DNA of 64,000 nt from contig JBJXEM010000007.1 of NCBI GenBank assembly GCA_046154225.1, forward strand, positions 859-64,858. Reading direction: 5' to 3'. The stretch's first letter is position 1; every line of letters begins with the position of its first letter. Source of the stretch: Rickettsiales bacterium (GTDB lineage Bacteria > Pseudomonadota > Alphaproteobacteria > Rickettsiales > UBA3002). A program made the translations under genes and the position numbers. The notes under the pieces were generated by a model. That model did no database searches and was not told the DNA's origin. It was given only the letters and a program-made list of their open reading frames with translations. This document shows positions 44,278-54,213 of the stretch, one piece after another.

Positions 44278-44366
44278 TGTCATCCCGGGTTTATCCCGGG
44301 ATCCAGCCACGCCACGCACTATGCGCTTGAGGCCGGACTGGATCCCGGCACAAGGCCGGGATGACA
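44278..44366. repeat. palindromic repeat family A, copy A4
   Basis: TGTCATCCCGGGTTTATCCCGGGATCCAGCC ... GGACTGGATCCCGGCACAAGGCCGGGATGACA. Confidence 0.85.
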
Positions 44367-44464
44367 GGTGGTTACGGGGCATGCGCCAATAGGCCAGTTA
44401 ATGGTTGGCAGTCGCGCCGTGGCAGGCTAATCACAAGGAACACCAACCTCGCCGGGAACGCGCT

Positions 44465-44731
44465 ATGGAAAGCTCCGACCTCATCACGCTCGCCCGCCAA
44501 GGTGTCTGGGTGTTGATGCTGGTGAGTTCCCCCATGATGATTACGGCGCTGGTCGTTGGGCTTTTAGTGTCGCTGTTTCAGGCACTCACGCAAATTCAGG
44601 AAAATACCCTCACCTTCGTGCCCAAAATGGTGTCGATGCTGATCGTGATGCTCATCGCCCTGCCCTACATGCTGCAATCGCTGCAGGACTATACCGGCGA
44701 GCTGTTCGAAAAAATCGAAAACATCCAATAG
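44465..44731 (+). CDS. fliQ: flagellar export apparatus protein FliQ
   Basis: 88 aa from ATG 44465. PMMITALVVGLLVSLFQALTQIQENTLTFVPKMV is typical FliQ. Confidence 0.85.
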   Translation: MESSDLITLARQGVWVLMLVSSPMMITALVVGLLVSLFQALTQIQENTLTFVPKMVSMLIVMLIALPYMLQSLQDYTGELFEKIENIQ

Positions 44732-44746
44732 CGGCGGGCGGGCACC

Positions 44747-45529
44747 ATGACCCATACGCTGCTCGACTATTTCCTGATTACCCAGCTTTCCGCCGCCTTG
44801 CTTATTTTCTGCCGCGTTGGTGCGGCGTTTATTTTGCTGCCGGGCATTGGCGATGTGTATGTGCCCGCCCGCGTGCGCCTCACCGTTGCGCTGGTGCTCA
44901 CGGTATTGACCACGCCGTTGCTTGAGGCGCGAATGCCACCCCTGCCCGGCGCGCCGCTGGCGCTGTTCGTCATGATGTCGGGCGAAATTCTGGTAGGCAT
45001 TTTCATCGGCATGATTGCACGCGTGGTGCTGAGCGCGGTGCACGTGGCGGGCCACATGATTGCGCTGCAATCGTCGCTGTCGGTCGCCACTTTGTTCGAC
45101 CCCAATACCGGCGCGCAATCGGCCACGCTGAGCAATTTCCTCAGCATCACCGCGCTGGTGCTGTTGTTCATCACCAACATGCACCATTTGCTGATTGCGG
45201 TGGTGTTCCAAAGTTACGACGTGTTTGCCCCGGGCATTTTTCCCAACGTGTCGGACATGAACCTGCTGAACACCCGCGTGATGGCGGATAGCTTCGCGCT
45301 CGGCGTGATGCTTTCGGCGCCGCATATTGTGTTTTCGCTGCTGTTTTACGTCGCGGGCGGGCTCATGACCCGGCTGATGCCAAGCTTTCAGGTGTTCTAC
45401 GTGATGGTGCCACTGCAATTGCTGATCGCGTTTTTCCTGCTCATCGCCATCCTGCCCAACATGATGCAGATATTTGGCGGGTTTTTCGAACACCAGATGC
45501 TGAATTTCGTTTCAGCAGACGGCATATAA
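44747..45529 (+). CDS. fliR: flagellar export apparatus protein FliR
   Basis: A 260-aa polytopic membrane protein located between fliQ and flhB. Motifs: FCRVGAAFILLPG, GEILVGIFIG. Confidence 0.85.
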   Translation: MTHTLLDYFLITQLSAALLIFCRVGAAFILLPGIGDVYVPARVRLTVALVLTVLTTPLLEARMPPLPGAPLALFVMMSGEILVGIFIGMIARVVLSAVHVAGHMIALQSSLSVATLFDPNTGAQSATLSNFLSITALVLLFITNMHHLLIAVVFQSYDVFAPGIFPNVSDMNLLNTRVMADSFALGVMLSAPHIVFSLLFYVAGGLMTRLMPSFQVFYVMVPLQLLIAFFLLIAILPNMMQIFGGFFEHQMLNFVSADGI

Positions 45530-45541
45530 GGCGAGGAACCC

Positions 45542-46678
45542 ATGGCCGACGATAGCCACGACGATTCCTCGAAGACCGAGGAACCTACCCAGAAAAAGCT
45601 CGATGACGCCCGCAAAAAAGGGCAGACCATCTCGACGCGCGAGCTGAACCATTTTTTCATCATGCTGGCGCTGGCCACGTTCATTTACATGCTGTCGGCG
45701 CGCACAGGCATTGGCATTCTCGAACTGCTTTCCCCCTACATCACCAAACCCGAAGAATTCCCGACCGAAGCAGGCGGCATCAAAGATGCGCTGTCGCACG
45801 CGGTGATTGGTGCGGCGTTCGTCATGGCGTTACCACTGTTCGTCACGTTTGTTGCGGCATTTGCCCCGGCGGTGGTGCAGGGGAAATGGATTTTCTCGAC
45901 CGAACAAATCAAGCCAAAATGGAGCAAAATTTCGCCACTCAGCGGCTTTTCGCGATTGTTTGGCTGGAAGGCGATGATCGAGTTTTTGAAAAACGCGATT
46001 AAGGTCACGATCGTTGGCACGGCAGCCGTTATGGTGGCCCTACCCGCGCGCAACGAAATGGTGCGGCTGATGGAAGTCGACCGCACGGGCATGCTGCTTT
46101 TTACCCAGCACGTGGCCGGAAAAATGCTTATCTCTGCGTGCATTTTTCTCTTTTTCCTGTCGATCATCGACTACATCTACCAGCGCTTTATTTTCCTTAA
46201 ATCACAGCGCATGACCAAGCAGGAAGTAAAGGAAGAATACAAACAGCAGGAGGGCGACCCGCATGTGAAAGGAAAAGTACGCCAGATCCGCCGCGAGCGC
46301 GCAAAAAAACGCATGATGGCCAACGTGCCCAAGGCCGATGTCATCATCACCAACCCCACCCATTACGCCGTCGCCCTGCAATACGACGCGAACACCATGC
46401 CTGCCCCGAAGGTGGTAGCAAAGGGCGCCGACGATGTCGCTGCGCGCATCCGCGAATTAGCCACTAAAAACAAGGTGCCGATTGTCCGCAATCCGCCGCT
46501 CGCGCGCATTCTGTATGAAACCGCCGAACTGGATGAAGTGATTCCCCTCGCCCACTATCAGGCCGTCGCTAAAATCATTGGCTATGTGTACAAACTGAAA
46601 GGCAAAGTGCCGCAAAAACCGCCCACCAAGCCCACTGGAAAAGGCATCAAGATGCCGACTATCAACCTCAAAAAATAA
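45542..46678 (+). CDS. flhB: flagellar export apparatus switch protein FlhB
   Basis: SSKTEEPTQKKLDDARKKGQ, and LKSQRMTKQEVKEEYKQQEGDPHVKGKVRQ followed by the NPTH autocleavage site (ADVIITNPTHYAVAL). Confidence 0.9.
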   Translation: MADDSHDDSSKTEEPTQKKLDDARKKGQTISTRELNHFFIMLALATFIYMLSARTGIGILELLSPYITKPEEFPTEAGGIKDALSHAVIGAAFVMALPLFVTFVAAFAPAVVQGKWIFSTEQIKPKWSKISPLSGFSRLFGWKAMIEFLKNAIKVTIVGTAAVMVALPARNEMVRLMEVDRTGMLLFTQHVAGKMLISACIFLFFLSIIDYIYQRFIFLKSQRMTKQEVKEEYKQQEGDPHVKGKVRQIRRERAKKRMMANVPKADVIITNPTHYAVALQYDANTMPAPKVVAKGADDVAARIRELATKNKVPIVRNPPLARILYETAELDEVIPLAHYQAVAKIIGYVYKLKGKVPQKPPTKPTGKGIKMPTINLKK

Positions 46679-46783
46679 TCCGGCTGCGGGATTCCTGCAC
46701 CGTTTGTCCTCCAAAGCACCGCCGCACGCCAGATAAGCCTTTTTTTCAGTTGCGTCGGAAGGCAGTCGAGCTAATCTGCTTCG

Positions 46784-47770
46784 ATGCGTTTCAATGAAAA
46801 CGAGTACCACGATCCGTCCCGGCTAGATTTTGTGCCGAGGGAGTATCGACGCCAGTTCGTGCGTATGATTGCGGCTTTTACCGTGTGCCTGCTGGCGCTG
46901 CTGGTGGTTGGGTTTATCGGCACCATCCGCAACAGTGGCTTTTCACCGCTGCTCTCACTGTTCATCATCATCTTTATTTCCATGTATGCGCTCATTCGCA
47001 AGCAGCGCGACATCGACCTCGTGGTCAACACTGAATACCAGAACATGTTATTTTCGCAGGGCGTGGCCCTTGGCAGCAGCTTTTACATGTTCGTGCGGAT
47101 GGACGGCACCATCGCCTATTCCAGCGATGGCTTGCGCACATTATTTCCCATGCTGGCCGGTGGCGAGGCGCAGGCGCTCGCATCGGTACTCGAGCATGGT
47201 GGCATATTAGCCCCCGACCGCGATCGCCTGATGAAAGCCATCACCACCTGCAGCGCCGACCGCATGGTGTTCCCCATTCCCGCCAATAACGACAAAAAAG
47301 AGTATGTCATCACCGTCGACCCCTTGCCGCGCCCGGCAGGCATGCTGCTGGTGCGTGGTCGCGAATTCCGCGATAATCGCTCGGGCACCCAATTACTTCC
47401 CGACGTGTTACGCTCCACCACCACCGAAAAGCTCGACCACATGCTGGCGCGCAGCCCTGTGGGCCATTATACCGCCGATGGTTTCGGCCAGATCGAATAC
47501 GCAAACCGTGCGTTCGAGGAGCTTTTAGGCTACGCACCTGGTGAAGCCACCGAGCGTAAACTCACCCTCGCCGAAGTGATTCACGCCCTGCATGGCATCC
47601 CCTACGACGCCGAGGCGGGACTAATGGAAACCTCCGGCGATGCAAGCCTGCGCCGCAAACAAGGCGGGCAAGTGAGCGTGATGTTATTTCAGAGCCTAAT
47701 CCGCGATGCTGCAGGCAAGCCCACTGCCGCCACCGGCAGCATTCTGCCGTTCAGCGCAACGCGAGAATAG
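46784..47770 (+). CDS. membrane-anchored PAS-like sensor protein (328 aa)
   Basis: Two N-terminal TM segments. There is a PAS-like segment (FGQIEYANRAFEELLGYAPGE). It is adjacent to the hybrid kinase. Confidence 0.6.
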   Translation: MRFNENEYHDPSRLDFVPREYRRQFVRMIAAFTVCLLALLVVGFIGTIRNSGFSPLLSLFIIIFISMYALIRKQRDIDLVVNTEYQNMLFSQGVALGSSFYMFVRMDGTIAYSSDGLRTLFPMLAGGEAQALASVLEHGGILAPDRDRLMKAITTCSADRMVFPIPANNDKKEYVITVDPLPRPAGMLLVRGREFRDNRSGTQLLPDVLRSTTTEKLDHMLARSPVGHYTADGFGQIEYANRAFEELLGYAPGEATERKLTLAEVIHALHGIPYDAEAGLMETSGDASLRRKQGGQVSVMLFQSLIRDAAGKPTAATGSILPFSATRE

Positions 47771-47776
47771 CACGCC

Positions 47777-49384
47777 ATGTCAACGCCATTTGAATTTACC
47801 GCCAGCAAGCCCACCGGGCTCGACATCAACAGTTTCATTGAGTTTTCTCCTATCGCGGTGATCCGCCTGAGCGCGCAGGGCGAAATTGTCGAGGCCAACA
47901 GTGCCTTCCTCCAATTGATGAACCACGCGTTGCCGGCGGACCGCCCCGTCACCTTCGCCGAACTCATCGAACCCGAAGACCGCATCCGCTTCCTCGATGT
48001 GTTCCGCCGCATGATGGCAGGCGAGAAAGTCGCGCCGTTGTCGCTTAGCCTTCTGTCGCCGGGCGACACTGAAATGCGGGTCGTGTACACTTACATGGGC
48101 GTCATGCATCCGGGCGGGCCGCATGCGCCGGTGCCTATGCTGCACATGATCGACCAGACCGAGCAGAAAAACCTTGAGCACCGCTTCGCCCACAGCCAGA
48201 AAATGCAGGCCGTGGGTCAGCTGGCGGGCGGCGTGGCGCATGATTTCAACAATCTGCTCACCGCCATGATCGGCTTTTGCGATTTACTGCTCATGCGCCA
48301 CCCGGCAGGCGACCCGAGCTTTGCCGACATCATGCAAATCAAACAAAACGCCAACCGCGCCGCGAATTTGGTGCGCCAGTTACTTGCGTTTTCGCGCCGC
48401 CAAACGCTGCAGCCTAAAATGGTCGACCTGACGGATGTATTGGCGGAATTATCGAACCTCATCCGCCGCCTGATTGGCGAAAACATTCAAATGAACATGC
48501 TGCATGGCCGCGATTTGGGCATGGTGCGCGCCGACCAGGGCCAGCTCGAGCAGGTCATCATCAACCTCGCAGTTAACGCGCGCGACGCGATGAAAGAAGG
48601 CGGCGTGCTTTCCATCCGCACCAGCGTGACGCGCATTGAGTCGATGGAATCGCTACCGCGTCACCTCATCGCGCCCACCGAGGACGAAGCCATCGTGCCC
48701 GGCGAGTATATTCTGGTCGAAGTCGAGGATTCCGGCACCGGCATTCCGCCCGAAATCGTCAAAAACATTTTTGAGCCGTTTTTCTCGACCAAAGAAGTCG
48801 GCTCGGGCACCGGGCTTGGACTTTCCACGTGCTACGGCATCATCAAACAATCCGGCGGCTATATTTTTGTCGATACCGAAATCGGCCGCGGCACCAACTT
48901 CCACCTCTACTTCAAACGCTACGAGCAGGCGGAAACCACCAAGCCCGCCGAAACACACGACGACAAAAGCAGCGGCGACCTCACCGGCCGCGCCACCGTG
49001 CTGCTGGTCGAAGACGAAACGCCCGTGCGTATTTTCGCCGCCCGCGCGCTGCGCAACAAAGGCTACGAAGTGCTCGAAGCCGATTCCGGCGAGAACGCCA
49101 TCGAAGTATTCACCAGCCATGACGGCCCGATTGATGTTATTATTTCTGACGTGGTAATGCCCGGTGTCAACGGCCCAAAAATGATCGAGTCATTATATGA
49201 GTCTCACGCTACACGCATGGATTCCATCAAAGTTATTTTCATTTCTGGTTATGCGGAAGACGCATTTGTCGATACGTACGGAACCGAACGCAGCTTTAAT
49301 TTCCTACCAAAACCATTCACGCTTAAACAGTTAGCGAGTAAAGTTAAAGAAGTGCTGGAGCTTGAAGAAAAAAGTGAACATTAG
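47777..49384 (+). CDS. hybrid sensor histidine kinase/response regulator (PAS-HisKA-HATPase-REC)
   Basis: H-box GGVAHDFNNLLTAMIGF, N-box NLAVNARDAM, DSGTGIP, GTGLGLS, and a receiver domain LLVEDE...IISDVVMPG...KPF. Confidence 0.9.
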   Translation: MSTPFEFTASKPTGLDINSFIEFSPIAVIRLSAQGEIVEANSAFLQLMNHALPADRPVTFAELIEPEDRIRFLDVFRRMMAGEKVAPLSLSLLSPGDTEMRVVYTYMGVMHPGGPHAPVPMLHMIDQTEQKNLEHRFAHSQKMQAVGQLAGGVAHDFNNLLTAMIGFCDLLLMRHPAGDPSFADIMQIKQNANRAANLVRQLLAFSRRQTLQPKMVDLTDVLAELSNLIRRLIGENIQMNMLHGRDLGMVRADQGQLEQVIINLAVNARDAMKEGGVLSIRTSVTRIESMESLPRHLIAPTEDEAIVPGEYILVEVEDSGTGIPPEIVKNIFEPFFSTKEVGSGTGLGLSTCYGIIKQSGGYIFVDTEIGRGTNFHLYFKRYEQAETTKPAETHDDKSSGDLTGRATVLLVEDETPVRIFAARALRNKGYEVLEADSGENAIEVFTSHDGPIDVIISDVVMPGVNGPKMIESLYESHATRMDSIKVIFISGYAEDAFVDTYGTERSFNFLPKPFTLKQLASKVKEVLELEEKSEH

Positions 49385-49586
49385 TTCTGATGAATACTGC
49401 GTTGTTCTAGACACACTCTGCTAAAACCCACGGGACTTCATGAGTCTCCTGTAAGATAATTCACTGACGATAGTTTGCAACTCATGGTAGTTATATTTCT
49501 GCACTATCGTGTTTCCAAATAAAAATGAGATATTTTTATTTGGGGTCACGCTCGCTTCGCGGCGAAATTCCTGCTTCGCAGTCATT

Positions 49587-49620
49587 CATAGTCGTCCCAA
49601 TTAAAATTGGAACGACTATA
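49587..49620. repeat. minimal family B hairpin (terminal repeats only)
   Basis: ATAGTCGTCCCAATTaaaATTGGAACGACTAT has the same TATAGTCG termini as family B without the internal arms. Confidence 0.55.
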
Positions 49621-49639
49621 ACCTAAGAAATGAGGCATT

Positions 49640-51343
49640 ATGTTTGGTCACAAAAACGAAAGTGCCGCGATTCTCACCGCACTCGATAAATCTCAGGCCG
49701 TCATCGAATTCGACCTGAACGGCATTATCCTCAACGCGAACGATAATTTCCTGAACGCAATGGGTTACACGCTCGCCGAAGTCAAAGGCAAGCATCACCG
49801 CATGTTCGCCGAGCCTGCCTACGCACAAAGCAGTGAATATGCCGATTTTTGGGCTAAACTGGGCCATGGTGAATACCAGACCGCGTAGTATAAACGCTTG
49901 GCTAAAGGCGGCCGTGAAGTGTGGATTGAAGCCAGCTACAACCCCATTTCCAACGGTCGCGGCAAGCCCTATAAGGTTGTCAAATACGCCACCGACATCA
50001 CCGCGCAAAAACTGCGCGACGCCGATGCGCAGGGCCAGATTTCCGCCATTGGCAAATCGCAGGCCGTCATCCATTTCGCGCTCGACGGCACCATCCTCGA
50101 AGCGAACGAGAATTTTTTGAACGTTATGGGCTACACACTCGCTGAAATCAAAGGCAAGCACCACAGCATGTTCGCCGAACCGAGCTTCGCCCGCAGCGCT
50201 GAATACGCCGAATTCTGGGCTAAACTGAACCGCGGCGAATACCAGTCGGCGGAATATAAACGCCTCGCCAAAGGCGGCCGCGAAGTGTGGATTCAGGCCA
50301 GCTACAACCCGATTATGGCCATGAACGGCAAGCCATTCAAGATGGTGAAATACGCCACCGACATCACCGCCCAGAAAATAGCCTCGTCCGATGTACAGGG
50401 CCAGATTGCAGCGATCAGTAAATCGCAGGCAGTCATCCATTTCAATCTCGATGGCACCATCCTCACCGCCAACGATAATTTTTTGAATACTATGGGCTAC
50501 GCGCTCAGCGAAATTCAAGGCAAGCACCACAGCATGTTCGCCGAGCCCGCTTACGCCCGCAGCGCCGAATATGCTGAATTCTGGGCTAAACTGAACCGAG
50601 GCGAGTTTCAACAGGCTGAATATAAACGCCTTGGCAAAAATGGCCGAGAGGTCTGGATTCAGGCCAGCTACAACCCGATTCTCGACATGAACGGCAAAGC
50701 GTTCAAGGTCGTAAAATTTGCGGCCGACATCACCGCCCAAATGGGCGCGCGGCTGGAGTCGGCGCAGCTGGTACGCAACACCATGGCCAACGTGCAAAGC
50801 GTTGCCGCCGCGGCCGAGGAAATGACCGCCTCGATCAGCGAAATCAGCAAAAACATGAGCATGACCAAAGGCGCGGTCGATGAAATCGTGAGCAAAACCA
50901 ACGCCGCTAACGCTGCCAGCACACAGTTGCAAAGCAGCGCAAAATCGATGGAAAACGTGGTGAACTTCATCCGCTCCATCGCCGAGCAGGTGAACCTGCT
51001 GGCGCTGAACGCGACGATTGAAGCCGCCCGCGCCGGCGAGGCCGGGCGTGGCTTTGCCGTGGTTGCCGCCGAAGTGAAAAACCTGGCCAACCAAACCACC
51101 AAAGCGACCGACGACATCGCCAAGGAAATCCTCGGCATGCAGCAAGTGTCGGAAAATGTGGGCTCAAGCGTCACGGCCATCACCGGCTCCACCCAATCGG
51201 TCGAGCAATACGTGACCGGGGTGGCCAGCGCCATCGAGGAGCAAAGCGCCGTCACCCGCGAAATTTCCGGCAACATGCAACGCGCCGCGCAAGGCATCGA
51301 GGAAATCGACGGCTGCATGAAGCAAATCGCCAACGCGGCGTAA
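49640..51343 (+). pseudogene. soluble methyl-accepting chemotaxis protein with three tandem PAS domains, interrupted by an in-frame TAG at 49886-49888
   Basis: ORFs 49640-49888 and 49898-51343 share a frame. The stop sits where PAS repeats 2 and 3 have GAA (..[19 protein letters not shown]..). The MCP signalling domain is [41 protein letters not shown] lies before ATG 49640. Confidence 0.75.
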
Positions 51344-51408
51344 GTAACGCACGTTAATCTTCATGAAACTGTCACGTTTTCTTTAGTTCATGATGCTACT
51401 TGTACGCA

Positions 51409-52359
51409 ATGGATAACGGCCTCTACCCTCAAGAACGGGAAGCACTGATTGCGGCAGCGAAAGCTGCAAGCAGCATCTCAAGCGCGTGGTTTGAGAAGGC
51501 ACGCGCCTCGGAAAATCCGGACAAAGTGTTACATACGATTCATAAAAAAGGTGATTTTCGCACACTCGGTTATCAGGATGTCTTTACGCAGGCCGACATC
51601 GACACTGAGGATGAGATACTCGGCATCCTCAAATCCTGCCGCGATATCTTGATCGTTTCCGAAGAAAAAAATCCGCTTTGCCCTGAAGTGCCGGACGTTA
51701 CGCAACGCTGGCTGGTTGACCCCATCGACGGCACCTCGCAGTTCAAGCAGGGCAAAGAAGCTTTTTCTGTCACGCTGGCACTGCAAACTAAGCGCGATGG
51801 AGAATGGGTAACGGACATCGGTGTCGTCGCCGTCCCCATGAAAAATTCCATCTACGTAGCAGACGACCGTGGTGCCGCGAAAATCATCGGCGACAATACG
51901 GAGGCCATCAATGTTACATCGCCCTGCCCAATCCAAGCTTTCGTAGGCTCACGCAGTAAAGCATTGCGTGGGAAGTTGATCGAGAACGTTGTTTATTCAC
52001 ACTCAAATCCAATACTAATGAAAACACATCATCCATTCAGAGAGGCTTTAAAGACAAGCGGGGCCAATGTTAGCACCACCTATTCATCCGCCCTCGTGCA
52101 TGTTGAAATGGTGGAGCGCGACGGCGTGGATGCGATTGTGCTGGCGGGCAGCGCGCTCGATTTCGCATGGGATACCGACGCAGCATTCCACATTGGGCAT
52201 AAAGCGGGGCTTTCGAGCAAAAAATTCGAGCTTGATGGTGAGCCGGTGGTTATTTTTGCCAAAGACCCTTCAACCATCCCCGCGCTCGAAGTCACGCTGC
52301 GCGACACCTATTATGTCCAGAAGCTCAACGCGGCACAAAATCCCGTGCATAACCGATAA
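51409..52359 (+). CDS. inositol monophosphatase family protein
   Basis: ILIVSEEK and WLVDPIDGTSQF motifs. The track start 51400 is TTG, and ATG 51409 is preferred. Confidence 0.75.
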   Translation: MDNGLYPQEREALIAAAKAASSISSAWFEKARASENPDKVLHTIHKKGDFRTLGYQDVFTQADIDTEDEILGILKSCRDILIVSEEKNPLCPEVPDVTQRWLVDPIDGTSQFKQGKEAFSVTLALQTKRDGEWVTDIGVVAVPMKNSIYVADDRGAAKIIGDNTEAINVTSPCPIQAFVGSRSKALRGKLIENVVYSHSNPILMKTHHPFREALKTSGANVSTTYSSALVHVEMVERDGVDAIVLAGSALDFAWDTDAAFHIGHKAGLSSKKFELDGEPVVIFAKDPSTIPALEVTLRDTYYVQKLNAAQNPVHNR

Positions 52360-52434
52360 TTCCCGTTGAGCCAGCGTGGGCGCGGGTGTAAGGTTTCGGC
52401 TCCAAATTAGAAATCACACCCGAGGAGCTGCGCC

Positions 52435-53520
52435 ATGTCCGTCACCGCAAAAACCGAAACGAAACCTGCCGAAAAGAAAAAAGCGCTCGACGCCGCGCTG
52501 GCGCAAATCGAGAAAACCTTCGGCAAGGGCTCGATCATGAAGCTCTCAAACGCCGAGCAAAACACGGCAATTGAAGTGATCTCGACTGGCTCGCTCGGGC
52601 TCGATATTGCACTCGGCGTGGGTGGCATTCCCAAAGGCCGGGTGATTGAAATTTACGGGCCGGAAAGCTCGGGTAAAACCACCCTTACCCTGCACTGCAT
52701 CGCGGAATGCCAAAAGCAAGGCGGCACCTGCGCGTTCGTCGATGCCGAGCACGCGCTCGACCCCTCCTACGCTCGCAAACTGGGCGTGAATGTCGATGAG
52801 CTACTCATCAGCCAGCCCGATTCCGGCGAACAGGCGTTAGAGATCGCCGACACGCTGGTACGCTCCGGCGCGATTGACATGGTGATCGTCGACTCCGTCG
52901 CCGCCCTCGTGCCCAAGGCCGAACTGGAAGGCGAAATGGGCGACGCCACCATGGGCGCACAAGCCCGCCTGATGAGCCAGGCACTGCGTAAAATGACCGG
53001 CACCGTCAGCCGCACGGGTTGCACGGTGATTTTCATCAACCAGATCCGCCAGAAAATCGGCGTGATGTTCGGCAACCCCGAAACCACCACCGGCGGCAAC
53101 GCGCTGAAATTCTACGCTTCCGTGCGGCTCGACATCCGCCGCATTGGCGCGCTGAAAGACAAGGAAGAAACCGTGGGCAACCTTACCCGCGTGAAAGTCG
53201 TGAAAAACAAAGTGTCGCCGCCGTTCAAAACCGTCGAGTTCGATATTCTCTACGGTCAGGGCATTTCGAAAGAGGGCGAATTGCTCGACATGGGCATTAA
53301 AGCAGGCGTCGTCGAAAAATCCGGCAGCTGGTTTGCGTACAAAGACCAACGCATCGGCCAGGGCAAAGAAAACGCGCGGCAATATCTGCGCGACAATAAA
53401 AAAGCCGCCGCCGAAATCGAGACTGCAATCCGCGCTAAATCGAACAAAATCTCGGAAGAGCTCACCGGTTCGCCCGCCGATTATACCGAGGACTCACCGA
53501 CGGCCGCCGATGCAGCATAA
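52435..53520 (+). CDS. recA: recombinase RecA
   Basis: GAGGAG SD. Motifs: [67 protein letters not shown]. Confidence 0.95.
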   Translation: MSVTAKTETKPAEKKKALDAALAQIEKTFGKGSIMKLSNAEQNTAIEVISTGSLGLDIALGVGGIPKGRVIEIYGPESSGKTTLTLHCIAECQKQGGTCAFVDAEHALDPSYARKLGVNVDELLISQPDSGEQALEIADTLVRSGAIDMVIVDSVAALVPKAELEGEMGDATMGAQARLMSQALRKMTGTVSRTGCTVIFINQIRQKIGVMFGNPETTTGGNALKFYASVRLDIRRIGALKDKEETVGNLTRVKVVKNKVSPPFKTVEFDILYGQGISKEGELLDMGIKAGVVEKSGSWFAYKDQRIGQGKENARQYLRDNKKAAAEIETAIRAKSNKISEELTGSPADYTEDSPTAADAA

Positions 53521-53566
53521 ATTTTGTATGCTGCTGAATGATTCACTTTAACCTTTAGGAAAAACC

Positions 53567-53878
53567 ATGAAAAAACTTCTCGTCACCGCCACGATTATCG
53601 CCCTCACCTCGACTGCTGCGCTTGCTGGCGGCAAAACCTATCAAGTTACCGGTCCCGTACTGGCCTTAACCGATAGCGCGATCACCGTTCAAAAAGGTTC
53701 TGAAAAATGGGAGCTGGCACGCGATGGCAGCACCAAGCTGCCTGAAACGGTGAAAGTTGGCTCGAAAGTGACGATTCAATACAGCATCACCGCTGTGAGC
53801 GTGGAAGATAAATCCCCCGCACCGAAAGCCGAGAAACCCACCAAAGTGGATGACAAAGCTGTCGCTAAAAAACATTAG
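53567..53878 (+). CDS. small exported hypothetical protein (103 aa)
   Basis: Signal peptide MKKLLVTATIIALTSTAALA and a Lys-rich C-terminus, followed by an intrinsic terminator. Confidence 0.65.
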   Translation: MKKLLVTATIIALTSTAALAGGKTYQVTGPVLALTDSAITVQKGSEKWELARDGSTKLPETVKVGSKVTIQYSITAVSVEDKSPAPKAEKPTKVDDKAVAKKH

Positions 53879-53897
53879 CCTTACTGGTAGTCAATGC

Positions 53898-53930
53898 AAG
53901 CGGCGCCGGGGCAACCTTGCGCCGCTTTTT
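53898..53930 (+). terminator. rho-independent terminator
   Basis: AAGCGGCGC, a 12-nt loop, GCGCCGCTT, then TTT. Confidence 0.7.
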
Positions 53931-54007
53931 ATCGAATTTTCTGCTATTAGGAACTGCCACCGCCGCATTCGGCGACGATGACGACCACAGCCTAGCAGGA
54001 GTCGTTT

Positions 54008-54124
54008 ATGGCCCGCGTTCTCATGATTCTTATCGCTCTCATCGCCGCTTTCATCGCGTGGCAGCACCAGCCGGAAATTCTCCACGCCGTGGGCATGTGC
54101 CCGGACGATTTATCGCAATGCTGA
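54008..54124 (+). CDS. possible small membrane protein (38 aa)
   Basis: Not in ORF track. AGGAG lies 7 nt upstream of the ATG. The product is MARVLMILIALIAAFIAWQHQPEILHAVGMCPDDLSQC. Confidence 0.35.
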   Translation: MARVLMILIALIAAFIAWQHQPEILHAVGMCPDDLSQC

Positions 54125-54213
54125 TGACCCTCCCCCACGCCTAAACCACGGATTTTTCTTGCCGCCCTGCCCCGCGCTGGCTATGAATTTTCTCCCTTTC
54201 TGAGAGAACCCCC

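Noticed and set aside
49886-49888. TAG as programmed recoding (pyrrolysine or similar)
   Set aside because: No pyl genes or recoding signals are visible, and the paralogous repeats have Glu at this position. A simple nonsense mutation or error is more parsimonious.
49616-51145. 509-aa minus-strand ORF
   Set aside because: It lies antisense to the PAS/MCP gene, whose plus-strand product has unmistakable PAS and MCP signalling motifs. This is a typical shadow ORF of GC-rich DNA with no motifs. The same reasoning applies to 16295-17173 (antisense recQ), 10828-11559 (antisense deoC), 44564-45493 (antisense fliR), 59484-60287 (antisense icd) and 62683-63300.
52360-52434. SOS box upstream of recA
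   Set aside because: I looked for the alphaproteobacterial GTTC-N7-GTTC direct repeat and for CTGT-N8-ACAG. Neither is present in the 75-bp upstream region.
53512-53534. Terminator after recA (GCAGCATA-7 nt-TATGCTGC overlapping the stop codon)
   Set aside because: The hairpin is real, but no U-tract follows. That is insufficient to call an intrinsic terminator.
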